This document shows positions 43,109 to 58,100 of a stretch of DNA of 64,000 bases, in pieces. The stretch is from Octopus vulgaris (lineage: Eukaryota): contig OX597835.1 in the NCBI GenBank assembly GCA_951406725.2, forward strand, positions 10,106,001 to 10,170,000. Direction: 5' to 3'. The notes beneath the pieces are model-generated. The model was not told where the DNA came from. It saw nothing but the letters and a program-made list of their open reading frames with translations, and searched no databases. Each line of letters begins with the position of its first letter. The stretch's first letter is position 1. Both the position numbers and the translations under genes were made by a program.

Positions 43109-43596
43109 TACATATATATATATATATATATGGTCATCCCTTGCTGTGCTGGAAGAGCTTGTGTGCTCCAATGATTCCAAGAGCGATGCCGTCTGGTGTC
43201 TTAGACTCCTGGTAAGGCCACCTATGGCGGCAAGGTCAAGGAGTTTTATCATGGCTTCCGAATAAGTAACACATATTATATTTACAGATAAATTCCTCTA
43301 CATAATATCGAAGTCTCTTTCAATCTTTTGTTGTCTTACCATTTCTATCAATAGGTGTATGTGTGTGTGTGTGTGTGTGTGTGTATGCGCGCGCGCACAT
43401 GCTGAGAATAGTAAGCAGCAGAGGAACTGAAATTTTACTCGTGATTCTTGATTTATTTTCGATAACTGTTTCTATGGGATAAAAATCATTATTTCTATAA
43501 TTACATAATTAACATGCATTATCAATTAATTTAATTTAGGTGTTACAGGTTGCCCATCTCGTCAAAGGAATACGGATATACATGTACATATAATAC

Positions 43597-43627
<31 letters not shown>

Positions 43628-43718
43628 CTTGTGTGTGTTTGCGCGTGCGTGCATGCGTGTCTGTGTGTGTGAGTGTGTGAGTGCGTGTGTGAGTAGATAG
43701 ATAGAGAGGGAGAGATAA

Positions 43719-43753
<35 letters not shown>

Positions 43754-43932
43754 CATAGATAGATAGATAGCTAAATTCACATATAGCTATACATACATAC
43801 ATACATACATACATACATACAAATAGATACATACATATACATAGATACATACATACATACACACATATATACACAAGCAACGGTATATGACAAGGTATTC
43901 CAGTTGTAACAAACGCATCATTATACAGAATA

Positions 43933-43975
43933 CTGGCAGAGATACCCGGCGTTGCTCAGGATTAAAATGGCATGT
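43933..43975 (-). mobile_element. Helitron family E-like 3' end fragment
   Basis: Hairpin cccggcgttgctcagg next to a degenerate CTAG terminus. Confidence 0.5.
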
Positions 43976-43987
43976 TTTTTTTTTGTT

Positions 43988-44215
43988 TTACTTGTTTGAG
44001 TCATGTGACTGCGGCCATGCTGGAGCACCGTCTTTAATCTAAAAAATTGACCCCACGATTTATTTATTGTGAGCCTAGTACTTATTCTATCGTCCATTTT
44101 TGCGGAACTGCTATGTTACGGGTACGTAAACACACCAACGTCGGTTGTCAAGCGATGGTGGAGCTACAAACACAGACACACTTATACACAAATACACTTA
44201 TACACACACACACAG

Positions 44216-44225
<10 letters not shown>
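43988..44225 (-). mobile_element. Diverged SINE family A, 3' half
   Basis: gactgcggccatgctggagcaccg motif and colinearity with family A. Confidence 0.75.
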
Positions 44226-44306
<81 letters not shown>

Positions 44307-44348
44307 TATATATATATATTCTTTTTCATAGCATTCTTCCGATGGCCG

Positions 44349-44409
44349 GATAACTGAAGAGATAGCGACGTGGATTTCCAACTTGACATGCGAAACTCGG
44401 AGTTTTATC
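44349..44409 (+). ncRNA. Type I hammerhead motif between two (TA)n tracts
   Basis: GAUAA CUGAAGA G...C GAAA CUC g GAG UU UUAUC. 5-bp stem I and a near-palindromic stem III. Confidence 0.7.
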
Positions 44410-44444
44410 ATAGCTACCGAATAATTGTCACATATTACATTTAC

Positions 44445-44519
<75 letters not shown>

Positions 44520-45428
44520 GGGATAATTTTATAACTTCGTGAAACCGAAAGACAATTTCGTTAAACCGAAGACCAAAAATAAAAATAGTATTGCAGCTGG
44601 AAGTTCTCCAATTCTACCACGCTGGCATCCTATGTTCAAGATTTAAAGAGGAGGAATATGAGCTATACAACTGAATAGAATCATACTTGATTCTTAAATG
44701 TTTTCTGATGTAGTCTCTTTTTGTAACCATAGGTTTTTCTCAACCTTCTTGAGCAGATACAAAAATAAAAATAAGGATAAAATTAAAATGAGATATTTCA
44801 GAGGACCGCCTGAGCCGCGATCCTGAATTGAAACTGAGTAGAACCTGTAGCAAATTCTTTATCTTTGAAATGGACAAATCCTAGCTTGAATCCACTGAAT
44901 TCTTATTTTAACTGGTTTATCTTAACTTGTCTATTTTCACTTGTCTGCAGTTGAACAATGTAATAAGCAGAACAAGAACCAGAAACGTGATGAAAAGGTG
45001 TTGCCGTTGGATTTCCTTAATGGATTGTACATTAACGATGTGAAGCAGCATTGTTTGAAACGATCGTAGAGATGGTCTTGAATGTACTCTGTTCTGGTTA
45101 CCTTAGACTTTATTTTTCATATTTATAATCTTGTATTTTTATATATTTATATTTATATTATTCTAGCTCCATTGCCTTAAATTTTTAGTCGCCTATATTA
45201 TGCATGAATGTATTCCATATATTTTTCTACATTCGACTTCACTCGTTTTAGGTTTTATGAGCTTTTATTCATGTATATGTGTATATTTTTATACTATTGG
45301 GTTTTACCATTGGGTGCCCTACTATTTTAATATATATTTATATTCGATTATTGATAATTTGGGAATGATATAAAGTTGTCTTGACCGATTAGAGTGTTTA
45401 TTCATTATACCTTTCAATTTATATATAT

Positions 45429-45506
<78 letters not shown>

Positions 45507-45616
45507 GTATGCATGTATGTATGTATGCACGTATGTACGTATGTACGTATGTATGTATGTATGTATGTATATACATGTATATATAAATATATGTACATGT
45601 ATATATATGTGAGAAT

Positions 45617-46290
45617 TTATTATTAATCACGACAATTGTTTCGACACATCTAGCATCGATTCTTCATGGGTGGGACACTCAACCATTTGTGATTTCACTT
45701 TTGATCTTCCATATAAATGAAGATATTTCCTCCGTCTGGCTGCTTTTCTTTCTACAAAACAGGAAGTTACATTGCGGAATAGTTCCTTTAACGAATTGTA
45801 TTTATCTATCACCCGACGGGATACACCTGCACCACCGGATGCTTCTGAACCAGTTGTTGAGTGTTCCTGCACCACCGGATGCTTCTGAACCAGTTGTTGG
45901 GTGTGTTCCTGCACCACCGGATGCTTCTGAACCAGTTGTTGGATGTTCTTGCACCACCGGATGCTTCTGATCCAGTTGTTGGGTGTCCCTGCACCACCGG
46001 ATGCTTCTGAACCAGTTGTTGGATGTTCCTGCACCACTGGATGCTTCTGAACCAGTTGTTGGGTGTCTCTGCACCACTGGATGCTTCTGAACTAGTTGTT
46101 GGGTGTCCCTGCACCACCGGATGCTTCTGAACCAGTTGTTGGGTGTGTTCCTGCACCACCGGATACTTCTGAACCAGTCGTTGGATGTCCCGCCAATGAG
46201 GAACCGATGCTAGAAGTATCGAAACAATTGTAATGATTAATATTAAACTCTCGTGTATTCAACCTTCCGTCTTTCATTTGTCATATACCT
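45617..46290. mobile_element. Element with ~68-bp inverted ends (degenerate HHR-like motif) enclosing a minisatellite
   Basis: 45617-45685 versus 46180-46248. Motif aUGA(A/G)GA...GAUGCUagaAGUAUC GAAA CAAUUG U(A/C). Confidence 0.6.
45827..46190 (+). repeat. Minisatellite, 9 units (7 x 40 bp + 2 x 42 bp)
   Basis: Unit ctgcaccaccggatgcttctgaaccagttgttgggtgttc. Two units plus the same flank recur inverted at ~51049-51170. Confidence 0.95.
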
Positions 46291-46516
46291 GACGATCACA
46301 GTGAAAGTCACCGTGCTTTGCCAGTAAGCCACCAGGTGTAAACCATTCGTTTTATTATCCATTATATTATGTCGATATATCGATCAGCTCTTCCCGGCTT
46401 ACTGGGTTTTATATCAGATTGCACTTTATAAGATATATTTTAATATACTTAGCAACTCCTACATTATGATATACATGTATCATTGTATGTATACAGATAC
46501 ATACATACATACAGAC

Positions 46517-46584
<68 letters not shown>

Positions 46585-46631
46585 TTATATATATGTATAT
46601 ATATATATGTGTGTATATATATGTGTGTATA

Positions 46632-46680
<49 letters not shown>

Positions 46681-46706
46681 TGTATGTATCTGTATACATA
46701 CATACA

Positions 46707-46853
<147 letters not shown>

Positions 46854-47694
46854 AAATGTGTGAGCAGATGAACATAGGTGTAATATTGACCACCACAACA
46901 CACATATATATGCGAGCATTCATGAATATACATACTCAGGCACACACTAAGACATACAGGCACGCACGCACATAGATCCACTTACTAGATAAGGGAGTGA
47001 TACCATATATAACAAACGGAATATTAAAAAGCTTCAGTACGATACTCGACTTTCCGATTACTAACATTAAATTGTTCATTTTGATATTCGTCACCGTTGG
47101 GCGACACCTCTGCAAGTATTTCTTACTCTTTTCTTAAGAATTAATCAACAACTGAACACAATATAAATAAAGTGCGTAGGTACACAAAAAGACAACAAAA
47201 TAAATGAAGCAATCGCAACCATTTGATATCTCTCGTTTTCATCTTTTTCATATCGTTTTCAAATCTTTATACAATCTCCAATTCTTGCTCACGCACGTTT
47301 TATGTTGAAGTCCAACATTTATTCATTAAGCACTTTTGGGATGAGGATAAAGATTAATTTTTATATACTTGTATATGTTCTGTGTATACGTGTGTGCGTG
47401 TATGTGTGCGTGTGTGCGTGTGTATGTGTGTGTGCGTGTGAGTGTGTGTGTGTGCGTGTGTGTGTGCGTGCGTATGTGTGTGTGTGTGTGTGTAAAACTG
47501 GTGAATCACCACATAATTGAAGTGTTGCAAGATACGCTCTCATTGCACACACACACACACACACATACACACACACAGGTAGACAGACAGAAGATAGATA
47601 AATAGACAGATAAATATATAGATAGATATAAACAAGCGTCAAAATTGTGTGTTTGTGTGTGTGGGTGCGTGTGGGTGCATGGGTGTGTATGCGC

Positions 47695-47738
<44 letters not shown>

Positions 47739-48540
47739 AAGCAGCGTGGAGTAAGTCTTTGTTAATTTTAAGAGATATATGAAACACATATGAACCACAT
47801 ACTGCCTGGCTGCCCTCGGGCGCTGGGTGAAGACAGATACAAGTGGGGACAGGAAAAGGTCTTTACATAAATTAATATGTAGAAGTGCTTCCATCCAAAT
47901 ATTTCGAATTCCTAAGAGAAGGAAAGCAACTGTGACGACCCATTTTCTATTCCTGAACAAACCGCTGACTGTGAAGTGGATCAAAACCGAAGCCATATTT
48001 TACTGAAGGAGGTGACATTAACATCGCCCCGACCATTCACGGTTCTTCTATCCAGTATCACAAAAACCATCTCTAGAAGAAAAATTTGACTTTTCTCACC
48101 AGCTAAAGAAAAACAGACGCAAAAAGTTGATTACTGAGGATCTCTTTGGTCAAAGGATGGCATGCAGAATGATTTGTGTTGAAGACATAAACTGCGATTC
48201 CTCAACGAAATCATTGTCATAATTCTTGCAGGAAATTGATTGGAACCCGAACAACGGAATAAAGCCATTTAGGAAGATAGCTACGGCATGTGGTTGGAAG
48301 CCACAGATGGAACTCTTCTGCAGGTAAGGGCCAACTTAATTCTTGCTGCCCTACTTAAATTGAAGCGTACAGGCTGAAGAGCGAAACGTCTGTGAGCACG
48401 AAAATTACCCAATGAAAATCCAGAGGGATTTTCAACAAAGTGAAGACATTAAACCGCATCAAGAATAAGATCTTGTTCCATCTCTAACGAGCTCCGGCGG
48501 TTACCGCTTGGAACAAATCATCACTGATAATTAATTCGCC

Positions 48541-48571
<31 letters not shown>

Positions 48572-48598
48572 TTGTGTGTGTGTGCTCGTGTGTATGTG

Positions 48599-48647
<49 letters not shown>

Positions 48648-49128
48648 ATACATATATATATATACGTGTATGTAAGGGTGATTGTGTCGTTTGTGTATGC
48701 ATGAATATTTCTCCTGCTTTATATGTTGTAGAATTATACATACTTCGGACGAACTTCCGTAAACCACGTTATATCTTAATGGCAAAACAGAGATCTTCAA
48801 CCCTGGTGCACACGAGAGGAAATTCATAGTTATTTTTTCACACATTTTTTTGGTTTAGGAAATTTCAGTTTATGAGTTTATGAAATTTAATATATTTTCT
48901 GAAACAATGACAGTTTCGTGTCAATGTTCCAGTGTAAAAGGATTCTCTTAATTTTGACTTACCAGCCCAGGATCACTAATATCTGGAAACTCTAGGACCA
49001 ACGAAATTACTTCCGTAATCGCATGCAGCCTCCTCGTTTACTTGGAGTTCCATATTTCTAGCTTTGCATCTATGAGAAACTGCAATACCCTAATAGCCTA
49101 CAGAATTCATCAATAAAAAAAATTATTA

Positions 49129-49544
49129 GGCGCAGGAGTGGCTGTGTGGTAAGTAGCTTGCTAACCAACCACATGGTTCCGGGTTCAGTCCCACTGCGTG
49201 GCATCTTGGGCAAGTGTCTTCTGCTATAGCCCTGGGCCGACCAATGCCTTGAGAGTGGATTTGGTAGACGGAAACTGAAAGAAGCCTGTCGTATATATGT
49301 ATATATATATATGTATGTGTATGTGTTTGTGTGTCTGTGTTTGTACCCCTAGCATTGCTTGACAACCGATGCTGGTGTGTTTACGTCCCCGTCACTTAGC
49401 GGTTCAGCAAAATAGACCGATATAATAAGTATTGGGCTTACAAAGAATAAGTCCCGGGGTCGATTTGCTCGACTAAAGGCGGTGCTCCAGCATGGCCGCA
49501 GTCAAATGACTGAAACATGTAAAAGAGTAAAAGAGTAAAAGAGT
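49129..49544 (+). mobile_element. SINE family A, full length
   Basis: Near-identical to 817-1234, with an (AAAAGAGT)n tail. Confidence 0.9.
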
Positions 49545-50210
49545 ATTGCTGTCACCGGACTACGCCTTGTTTATGAACTTCAAGCCATTGACCACTAATA
49601 ATCTGAAAATACTACTCTCGCTCTAATTGACCCACGCAGAGTCTCAGGGTATATAATAATCCTTGCCACCCGTAAACAAATTGTAGCGCACTAGCTTTAT
49701 CATTCGGCAGCCATTGTCATGCAAAATTCGAAATTTGATACACAAAACCGATTATCTTCACATGTTGTAACTGTTGTCGCAGAAATGTCAAACTTTCAAA
49801 ATGTTGATTAACTGACGTCAGCATCCTATCTGCTCTGTAAAGTAGAACATACAAAGAAAGAACTGATGTCATCTGATAGTTAAAACAGCCACGTGATCTG
49901 AACTGACCAATGAAGGTCTAAATATTATTCCATGTAAACCATTTTAAATTTCTTTTAAATTCTCTCAACCCTGACTCCGAACATCTGATGGTGTGGTCGG
50001 ATTCTGCACCTATGAAACTTTAAGCAATAAGAAGCTAAGTGATATTATTATGTTGAGTACAAATTTCGTTGTTTATTGTTGAAGAGATTGTTGTCGAGGA
50101 TATTGTTGTCGAGGATATGGTTGTTCTTCCCAAGATCCCTTATAAAAGACCTGATTAAGTATACTTATGGTGAAAGTTTGTTCCATATGTGACCATCCCG
50201 TCTCTTTTTA

Positions 50211-50368
<158 letters not shown>

Positions 50369-50811
50369 GAGCGGGCGGACGGACGGACGGACGGACGGAC
50401 GGACGGAAGAGCGGACGGACTGACAGATAGACAAACAGATAGATAGACAGATAGATTGAGAGAGAGAGGGGGAGAGAGAGAGAAAGTGATTTTAAACGTC
50501 GATTAAAACATTTTTAAATTGAACAATTATAGAAAATAATTACCCAGACATCTTAGCTATCATTTCCAGAATATACTGAATAATACAGCGTCTGTGGTCA
50601 ACTGAGCAGAAAATAACAAATTCCAGTGCCAGAGGATATATTTTTAATTGTGGACATTGAGGTACACAATACTATCACTTTTTATTTTAGACTGAGGAAA
50701 ACCATGAGTCGCTGTCGTTGTTGTTGTTGTTTTTATTAATGGTGATGATAATGATGGTGATGATAAGGATGGTGGTGATGATGGTGGTGGTGCTGGTGGT
50801 GGTGCTGGTGG

Positions 50812-50842
<31 letters not shown>

Positions 50843-52428
50843 GGTGGTGTCGATGATGATGATGATAAGGCTATTATTATTGAGGTAGTTATTGTTGAAG
50901 AGACTGTCGTCGATGATACTGTTGTTCTTCTCAAGATCCCTGATTAAGTAAACTAATGGTGAAAGTTTGTTCCATCTGTGACCATCCCGTCTCTTTAATT
51001 CTTTCCAGGACTCCGATATTCGAGTACACTCAGGACTCCGATATTCGGGGTGCAGGAACACCCAACAACTGGTTCAGAAGCATCCGGTGGTGCAGGGACA
51101 CCAACAACTGGTTCAGAAGCATCCGGTGGTGCAGGTGTATCTCGTCGGGTGATAGATAAATACAACTCGAGGTGTCCCTCCATTTGATGACGATCGGGTG
51201 AGATGTTGAGGAGGATTTGACTGCTATTTCTAGCAGGTTGTGCAACTAAAAGGTGATGAGTTGAGAAGAAGAACGACTGAGCAGGTGGCTAAATGTGTTT
51301 TAGGAATTAAATTTCGATTTTCTACATTCCATGTTCAATCCTCAAGCAATTTGGATTTCACTTTTCACGTCTCCGTGGTCCAAAGAGTAAATACCAAAAA
51401 CCAATAACAGCTGATTGAGTCAAGTGTAATCCGCATCAAATCAATTATTGATCTGGAGAAGAGATCGAATCAAGGAATTAAAACTATTCACTCGAAGTCA
51501 ATCAATCGAAAGAGGAGAAGCCATACCGAAACAGATGTAACCTTTTCCCTCCATCTTCCCTCCTCAGTAGCCAACCCCAAGGTTTCGCTCCCTCTTCCTC
51601 TTTGTCCTCTCTTTCATGTTACCCGAAAACCTCCTTCGTGGTTTTTGCATATCTCTTACACTAAATACCAGTAATATGCGATCGATTTAGTCTCTAGTCT
51701 GGTGAAGAAATCACTATTTTGATTTTTGCTTTTTGTTGTTGTTTTTTTTGTTTTTTGGAGTTTTTTTTTTGTATTGGGTACGTGACTGATATTAATGGGA
51801 AAGTAGGAGGTCCGTGTCTTCCCGGAGGCATTAGCAGAGTGAAACGAAATTGAAACCGCGACAGGAATCTCAGTTTGCTGTAGGTTTGCTTATTACTATT
51901 CTGTGGTACCTGCCAAACGAGAAATCGATATCAATCTCGAAAATGCTGAGTGTTGCAGAGGTGTTCCTGGTGAGATTAGTTAACGAAGTGCGAGCTTGAA
52001 TTGATGTCTCTTATAATGCTTAAAATACAAAACAAGTTACAAGTCACCATATTCCGACCTTGTCAAATTATGAAGTTTCTTAGCTTGAGGAAAAGAAACT
52101 AATATGGCTGACGTTAAAAATAAAGTCCTTCACGGACTACTAAAATCATCCAATTGTCAGGAGAAGTGGCAGACTGAAGAAAGCATAGCAAATTTACAGT
52201 TTGTAATTGAAAAGAAATTATCGTTGCTTCGTCAGTAAGGAAGAAAAACTCTACCAACCAGGTGAATGACCGACTTTAAATTTTATCTTTTAAAAATAAC
52301 AAAAAACAGGGTAAAATATCTGGAAATATAACGGAAAAGGACGGCTTCTAAATGAGTATGTTATGTAAGACTAAATTAGTATGGTATTATATCAGCTCTG
52401 AATTTTATTGCTTGATTTTATTTTTTAA

Positions 52429-52941
52429 CTAGCAGTATCGCCCGGCGTTGCTCGGGTTTGTAAGGGAAATAACTATATAAGCATTTTTAGAGAGTTACTT
52501 CCCTTATAGATGCCAATTTGGGCTTTCTTAGCCATTTCTGTTTTGGTGTCTTCAAGCCACGAAGTCGTCGTTCTAAAAGAACGCTGGTCTCCTTGACAAC
52601 GCTTTACGACGTTGATTTCCTTACACTCCCTTCCCCACAGCTACACGAGGGAGGGAAGAAGGGGGAGAAGCAAACAGGTGCAGCTGTGAGCGTGGACGCC
52701 AACTCCGCCGCCATCGACACACGAAAAAATATGCATTAAAATGGAATAAAAAATGATGTTAAATTATTTTTAAAATCGTAGACTCATCGTTGACGCGCGC
52801 TAATACTCAGACGGGCTCGATGTGAATCTCGACTATAAGATACCCGGTTTTGGTTAAACTGCACCGCAAAATGTGGGAGTAGTTAGGAATCTAAATCGAA
52901 GGGGACAGACACTCACACAACTACAGTTTTATATATATAGA
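52429..52941 (-). mobile_element. Helitron family E (513 bp)
   Basis: Minus-strand A|TC...CTAG|T termini and hairpin. Confidence 0.85.
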
Positions 52942-53082
52942 TATGTTAACTGAAAGATAAAAGAAACAAACTTGTTTCTTTTTGTTTACAATGCTGTTAT
53001 TTACGGAGTTGTTCTTGTTTTTTGGTTTTTTTTTTTTTTAGTTCAGATGTTTTCACATGAAGCTTTCTGAAATAAGAAAAAA

Positions 53083-53589
53083 TCTATATATATAAAACTC
53101 TAGTTGTGTGAGTGTCTGTCCCCTTCGATTTAGATTCCTAACTCCTCCCACATTTTGCGGTGCAGTTTAACCAAATTCGGGTATCTTATAGTCGTGATTC
53201 ATATCGAGCCCGTCTGGGTATTAGCGCGCGTCAACGATGAGTCTACGATTTTAAAAATAATTTAACATCATTTTTATTCCATTTTAATGCATAAAATGCA
53301 TCGTGTGTCGATGGCGGCGGAGTTGGCGTCCACGCTCACAGCTGCACCTGTTTGCTTCTCCCCTTCTTCCCTCCCTCGTGAAGCTGTGGGGAAGGGAGTG
53401 TAAAGAAATCAACGTCGTAATGCGTTGTGAAGGAGACCAGCGTTCTTTTAGAACAACGACTTCATGGCTTGAAGACACCAAAACAGAAATGGCTAAGAAA
53501 GCCCGAATTTATAAGGGAAGTAACTCTCTAAAAATGCTTATATAGTTATTTCCCTTACAAACCCGAGCAACGCCGGGCGATACTGCTAG
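53083..53589 (+). mobile_element. Helitron family E (507 bp)
   Basis: A|TC...CTAG|T termini and hairpin. Confidence 0.85.
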
Positions 53590-54500
53590 TTATTGATAAA
53601 TGATAAAAAAAAAATCACCTTATTGTTGCAATATCTATGTTAAGTTCTTCACTAAAATCTTTTCCAAACTAAATGATGCGTGAACGTAAGAATATATATG
53701 TAGATACATATAAGTGGGTGTATATGAATGCCTGAATGTATGTATGTATGTACGTACGCGTGTGTGAATTCTTATATGTATCTATGTATGTATATATGTG
53801 TATGTATGTATGTATGTATGTATGTATGTATGTATGTATGTATGTATGTGTGTGTGTATGTATGTATGTATGTATGTATGTATGTATGTATGCATGTATG
53901 CATGTGTGTATGTATGCGCGGGGGACATAGAAATAATCGGACTGAATACCCGATCGCGCGGTTAAACCATTGGGAGTGAAAGACTCCTAGCCTTTGTTAG
54001 GGCATCCTTCTAGCAAAAGGTAACTCAGGTAACTGGGATAAGTCCGACATAAAACCTGCGGCTCAGTGGTTACCGATGATGTTGACTTGTTCTTCTTTTC
54101 GGATTATGGCTGCTGTTGCTTAGTGAGTGGGATTGACTCAGTGCACAGCCTTTCCTCACTTTAAAAAAATCTTCTTGCACAGGAATTGCACGATAACAAC
54201 ATTGATTAAGCTTCGTGCAATGGCCATACTCGATAACGAGGGGGCAGCCACTATGTATATATGTATGTATGTGTGCCTTTGAATTTATGCATGTAGAAGT
54301 TAGATGTAGACTTATGGATTGATGCATGTTTGTACATATATGCACTTATGAATGTATGCATATATGAATATGTGTATATATGTGTATATCTATGCAGATA
54401 CGTATGTACGTATGTATACGAATGCATGAACATATCTATACATGTATTTATGTATATGCGTATGCATGCATTCATTTATATATCTATGTACGTACACACG

Positions 54501-55229
54501 TGTGTAGCGTGTGATCGTCGCATTGACTATGAGAGAGGAAGTTGAGCAGATAATCTGCATCAAATTTTGTCAAAAGCTTGGCGATACCTGCTCTGAAGCT
54601 TACGCAAAGTTTTCATAAAGTTTTCATCGTCCTCGACACAGTCAAGAAGATCTGGTGCAACTGAAATTCGGATGTATTTTTGGTCAGCTGAAAGCGGTTT
54701 TGGCACAAACTTGGCAGATACGCTTCTCATACCAAAATCTTCAGTGATAATAGACTGAACTGAACCGTAACTAACCTGCACATCCTCTGATAACTCACGG
54801 ATGGTGATTCGACGATTTCCCTTCACAGCTGCACGCACATCTGCTATGTTTTCCTCAATTGTCCTGGTTGCGAGTCTCCCAGAACGTTCGTCAATATCGA
54901 CATTTTTTCAGCCATCTTGAAAACACCTGAACCACTCGTCCACTTGTGTGCAGGTCATACACTCCTCTCCATACGCTTTCTGCAACTTTGCGTAAGCCTC
55001 TGAGCAGGTATCGCCATGACAACTTTCTCTGTCGTGGTCAATGAGACGATCATCGCTACACACGTTCCTTCCGAGTACTGCTGTAAACAGCGGAAGTGAG
55101 CTAGAACGTTAAAACTTAGTGCGCATGCACAGCAGAGTTCAAGGTCGATCTTTGCCAAGCGGCTTCACTCTGCGTACTTTAGCTTCGTTACTATGACAAC
55201 AGTCCGGATACTTATTGATCAGACCTCGT
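54501..55229 (-). mobile_element. Rearranged, defective mariner (Tc1/mariner) element
   Basis: TIR-like cgaggtctgatcaataagtatccggact at 55228-55201. Minus-strand remnant GDTCSEAYAKLQKAYG...EWF...RRITIRELSEDVQVSYGSVQSIITEDFGMRSVSAKFVPK. An inverted N-terminal copy MREEVEQIICIKFCQKLGDTCSEAYAK lies at 54529-54610(+). Confidence 0.9.
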
Positions 55230-55773
55230 TTGTATGTACGTTATGTAAGTACGTATGTACACTCACCGAACAGTTTTTTACCCTCGAAATTTCTCCAGTG
55301 ACCAAAGAAACAAACGAAGAGCATTTATAGGAATTCTGTCATCCTTTCATTACATCTCATAAACGCGACAGGGCAAGATATTTGTTGGGGTGAAACACTT
55401 TATGGACATTACTTTCACTTTATTGCGAAATGACTTACACTTTATTTCATTTATCGTAAATTTAGTGATAAAATTCTGTCAGCTGTTTGGAAGACGTAAT
55501 AAATCTCACGACGTGTGAATATTTTAATGCGTTTTTTTTTTCGACATTATAGTTTATACACAAGTACAGATACAACGGAGCTGTTATATATATATTAACT
55601 CTTACCTTGACTGTTTTCGAATTTGGTTTCAAAAGACGTTCTTTATTCAGAAAAGGCCGCATAAACTAACGTAGCTGTTTAGTTGACAGCTTCTTCGTTA
55701 TTTTATGATTATTGAATATACCGAAATAGACAAATACTTTTTTAACGCTGAAACTCGAAATAGATATATATAT

Positions 55774-55919
<146 letters not shown>

Positions 55920-56558
55920 GTGTGTGTTTGTGTGTATTTGCATATATATACATATATATATACACATATATAGACATACATACAAATATATATATGTATA
56001 TGTATATAAATATATATACATGTATATATATATGTGTGTGTGTGTGTGTGTATTATATATATATACATATTTTAATTTTTTTCAAATCCACTACGCAAAC
56101 GCAGTCTTTTGTCGGCAGCAAAGAGGATGCCGGTAAAATCTTCGAACAAATCTACCAGAAATCATTATACATAATAAATAACATGAAAAAATTGGGTTTA
56201 AAATATGTTTGGATAGAAAGTAGAAAGGTGACCCAAATATTTACACATTATTATTTATAGCATTAGCTACTTCGAGTCCCAGCGTTAAAAACGAATTATT
56301 TCACGTTCTCTCGAAATTTCTAATTTCTTGTGCCATAAACAACAGACAAATTCTATTTTCCTTGTGTTCCTTAAACAGAATTCACTGTTGCTAGCTTTTG
56401 GGGTCAGGTTGTCCGGTTTGAAGCTGACTTCCTCCGATCAGTGTCAGAAAGCCTGGTATGCAAAGGACCGTGGTCACAGCCGTTCCTTCCGTGACTAAAC
56501 GGTTCGAAAAACAAAGCGCATTGGATTATATGCTTAAGAGTGAGGCGGGAAGGAAGGA

Positions 56559-56626
<68 letters not shown>

Positions 56627-56656
56627 AAGAAAGAAAGAGAGAAAGAAAGAGAGAAA

Positions 56657-56700
<44 letters not shown>

Positions 56701-56703
56701 AAA

Positions 56704-56751
<48 letters not shown>

Positions 56752-56779
56752 ATGACATTCAAGGCAAGAATGTAACTCG

Positions 56780-58100
56780 GATTTTACTTTACGAAATGGA
56801 GAGTTTTGCCCGATAGTTCTGATCCTTTTGAGGGGTCTTTTTGAGTTTGCTTTTTTATGGGAATCTTCGTTCGCTCTCTGAGGGAAGAATCCAACAACCA
56901 TAGAATTAAAAACCGAAATTTCGTTCCATGTTAACATTATAGATGAGAAACTGAATTTCCTGTTGCGAAAGGCTAATAATCTGACATCTACTCGAACCCT
57001 TAATCAATAAATGTCAGGTGCAAATTAGATTTTAAGGAATGTTATTGAAGATACAGAAACGAAAATGAGTCGGATCGACAGGTGTTTTTGAAATTCTTCT
57101 CTTTATTTCTGACCAGAATTTCCGCCATGAATTGCCATGCCTAGTTTTAGCTGTGTCTAATCTGTGGTCAAGCACTCAGTCACACCTCTTTCATATTTGC
57201 AGCTTTTTAAAGAAGTCTTAAAAGTTATCAATGCCATAGTTTATAGCAGTAATATCATTGGCATAACTGAGGTCACGGATTACTGGATATCCTTCAGAGA
57301 ATCCATAAATAATTTCTTCAGTTCTTTAGATGACTTCAACGAGAACAAACAATAGAATAACCTTTAAAAAACGTCCACTTTCTTAGCATCTTTTATTCTA
57401 TCCGCAAATCTAGTCGTACCAAAATCGGTCTTAATATCAGATTGCGGATCGACCTTCATATAAAGATTTAAGGAGAGTGATGTAATCGTTCTGGTTAGGG
57501 CTGCCTTCTAGAACTTTCCACAATAATGAGAGGTCTATACTTTCAAATGGCTTGGTAAAATCGATGAAAACGATATGAACTGGGCTTTTTAAATTCAATT
57601 GATTTTTCCATCATTTGCAACAAGGTAAAATGTTTAGTGTATGGTCCCTCTTCCGAGTTGGTATGTAGGAGAAGGAACGCAGGAGCAGAGATTCCTTTTA
57701 TATAAAAATCAATAACGGTCATGAATAATTTATAGTTGTGACATTATTGGTCGATAATTTTTGCATTTGGCTCCAATATCTTTTTAAATATCTGCTTGGC
57801 CTGCTTTTGCTTCGAAACCTCTGGTTGTTCACGTCGCTTGCCAATATTCCACAAAAGAATGTTTCTGTGGATGGTCAGAGGAGAAGAACAGGATGCAGCA
57901 ACACTCGTATGTAGAGATGCTACACAATTTTCTAGTTCGCGGTGTAACAGGTTGTAGCATGATTCTGTTAGATATACAAACGTTGAAATTTGTGGAATCT
58001 CATTTTTGGCAACAATATCCTTATTACCTGCCAAACTGTCTTTACTCCTTTATTCTTAGGTTTTACTGCTTCAGGTACCTCACAGTATGGAACAATAATT
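56780..58100 (-). pseudogene. Old LINE (RTE-like) reverse transcriptase remnant
   Basis: VHIVFIDFTKPFESIDLSLLWKVL (~57510-57582), LLKSLYEG and DLSYANDI (~57251-57274), with many stops and frameshifts. Boundaries are approximate. Confidence 0.7.

Noticed and set aside
45827-46190. CRISPR-like regular repeat, or a repetitive protein (HPTTGSEASGGAG)
   Set aside because: Units are contiguous with no unique spacers, no cas genes are present, the context is eukaryotic, and the 40-bp unit shifts frame.
48369-48395. Ultra-minimal hammerhead acaggCTGAAGAgcGAAAcgtctgt
   Set aside because: Stem II cannot form and stem I is out of register. It may be a deleted remnant but is unsupported.
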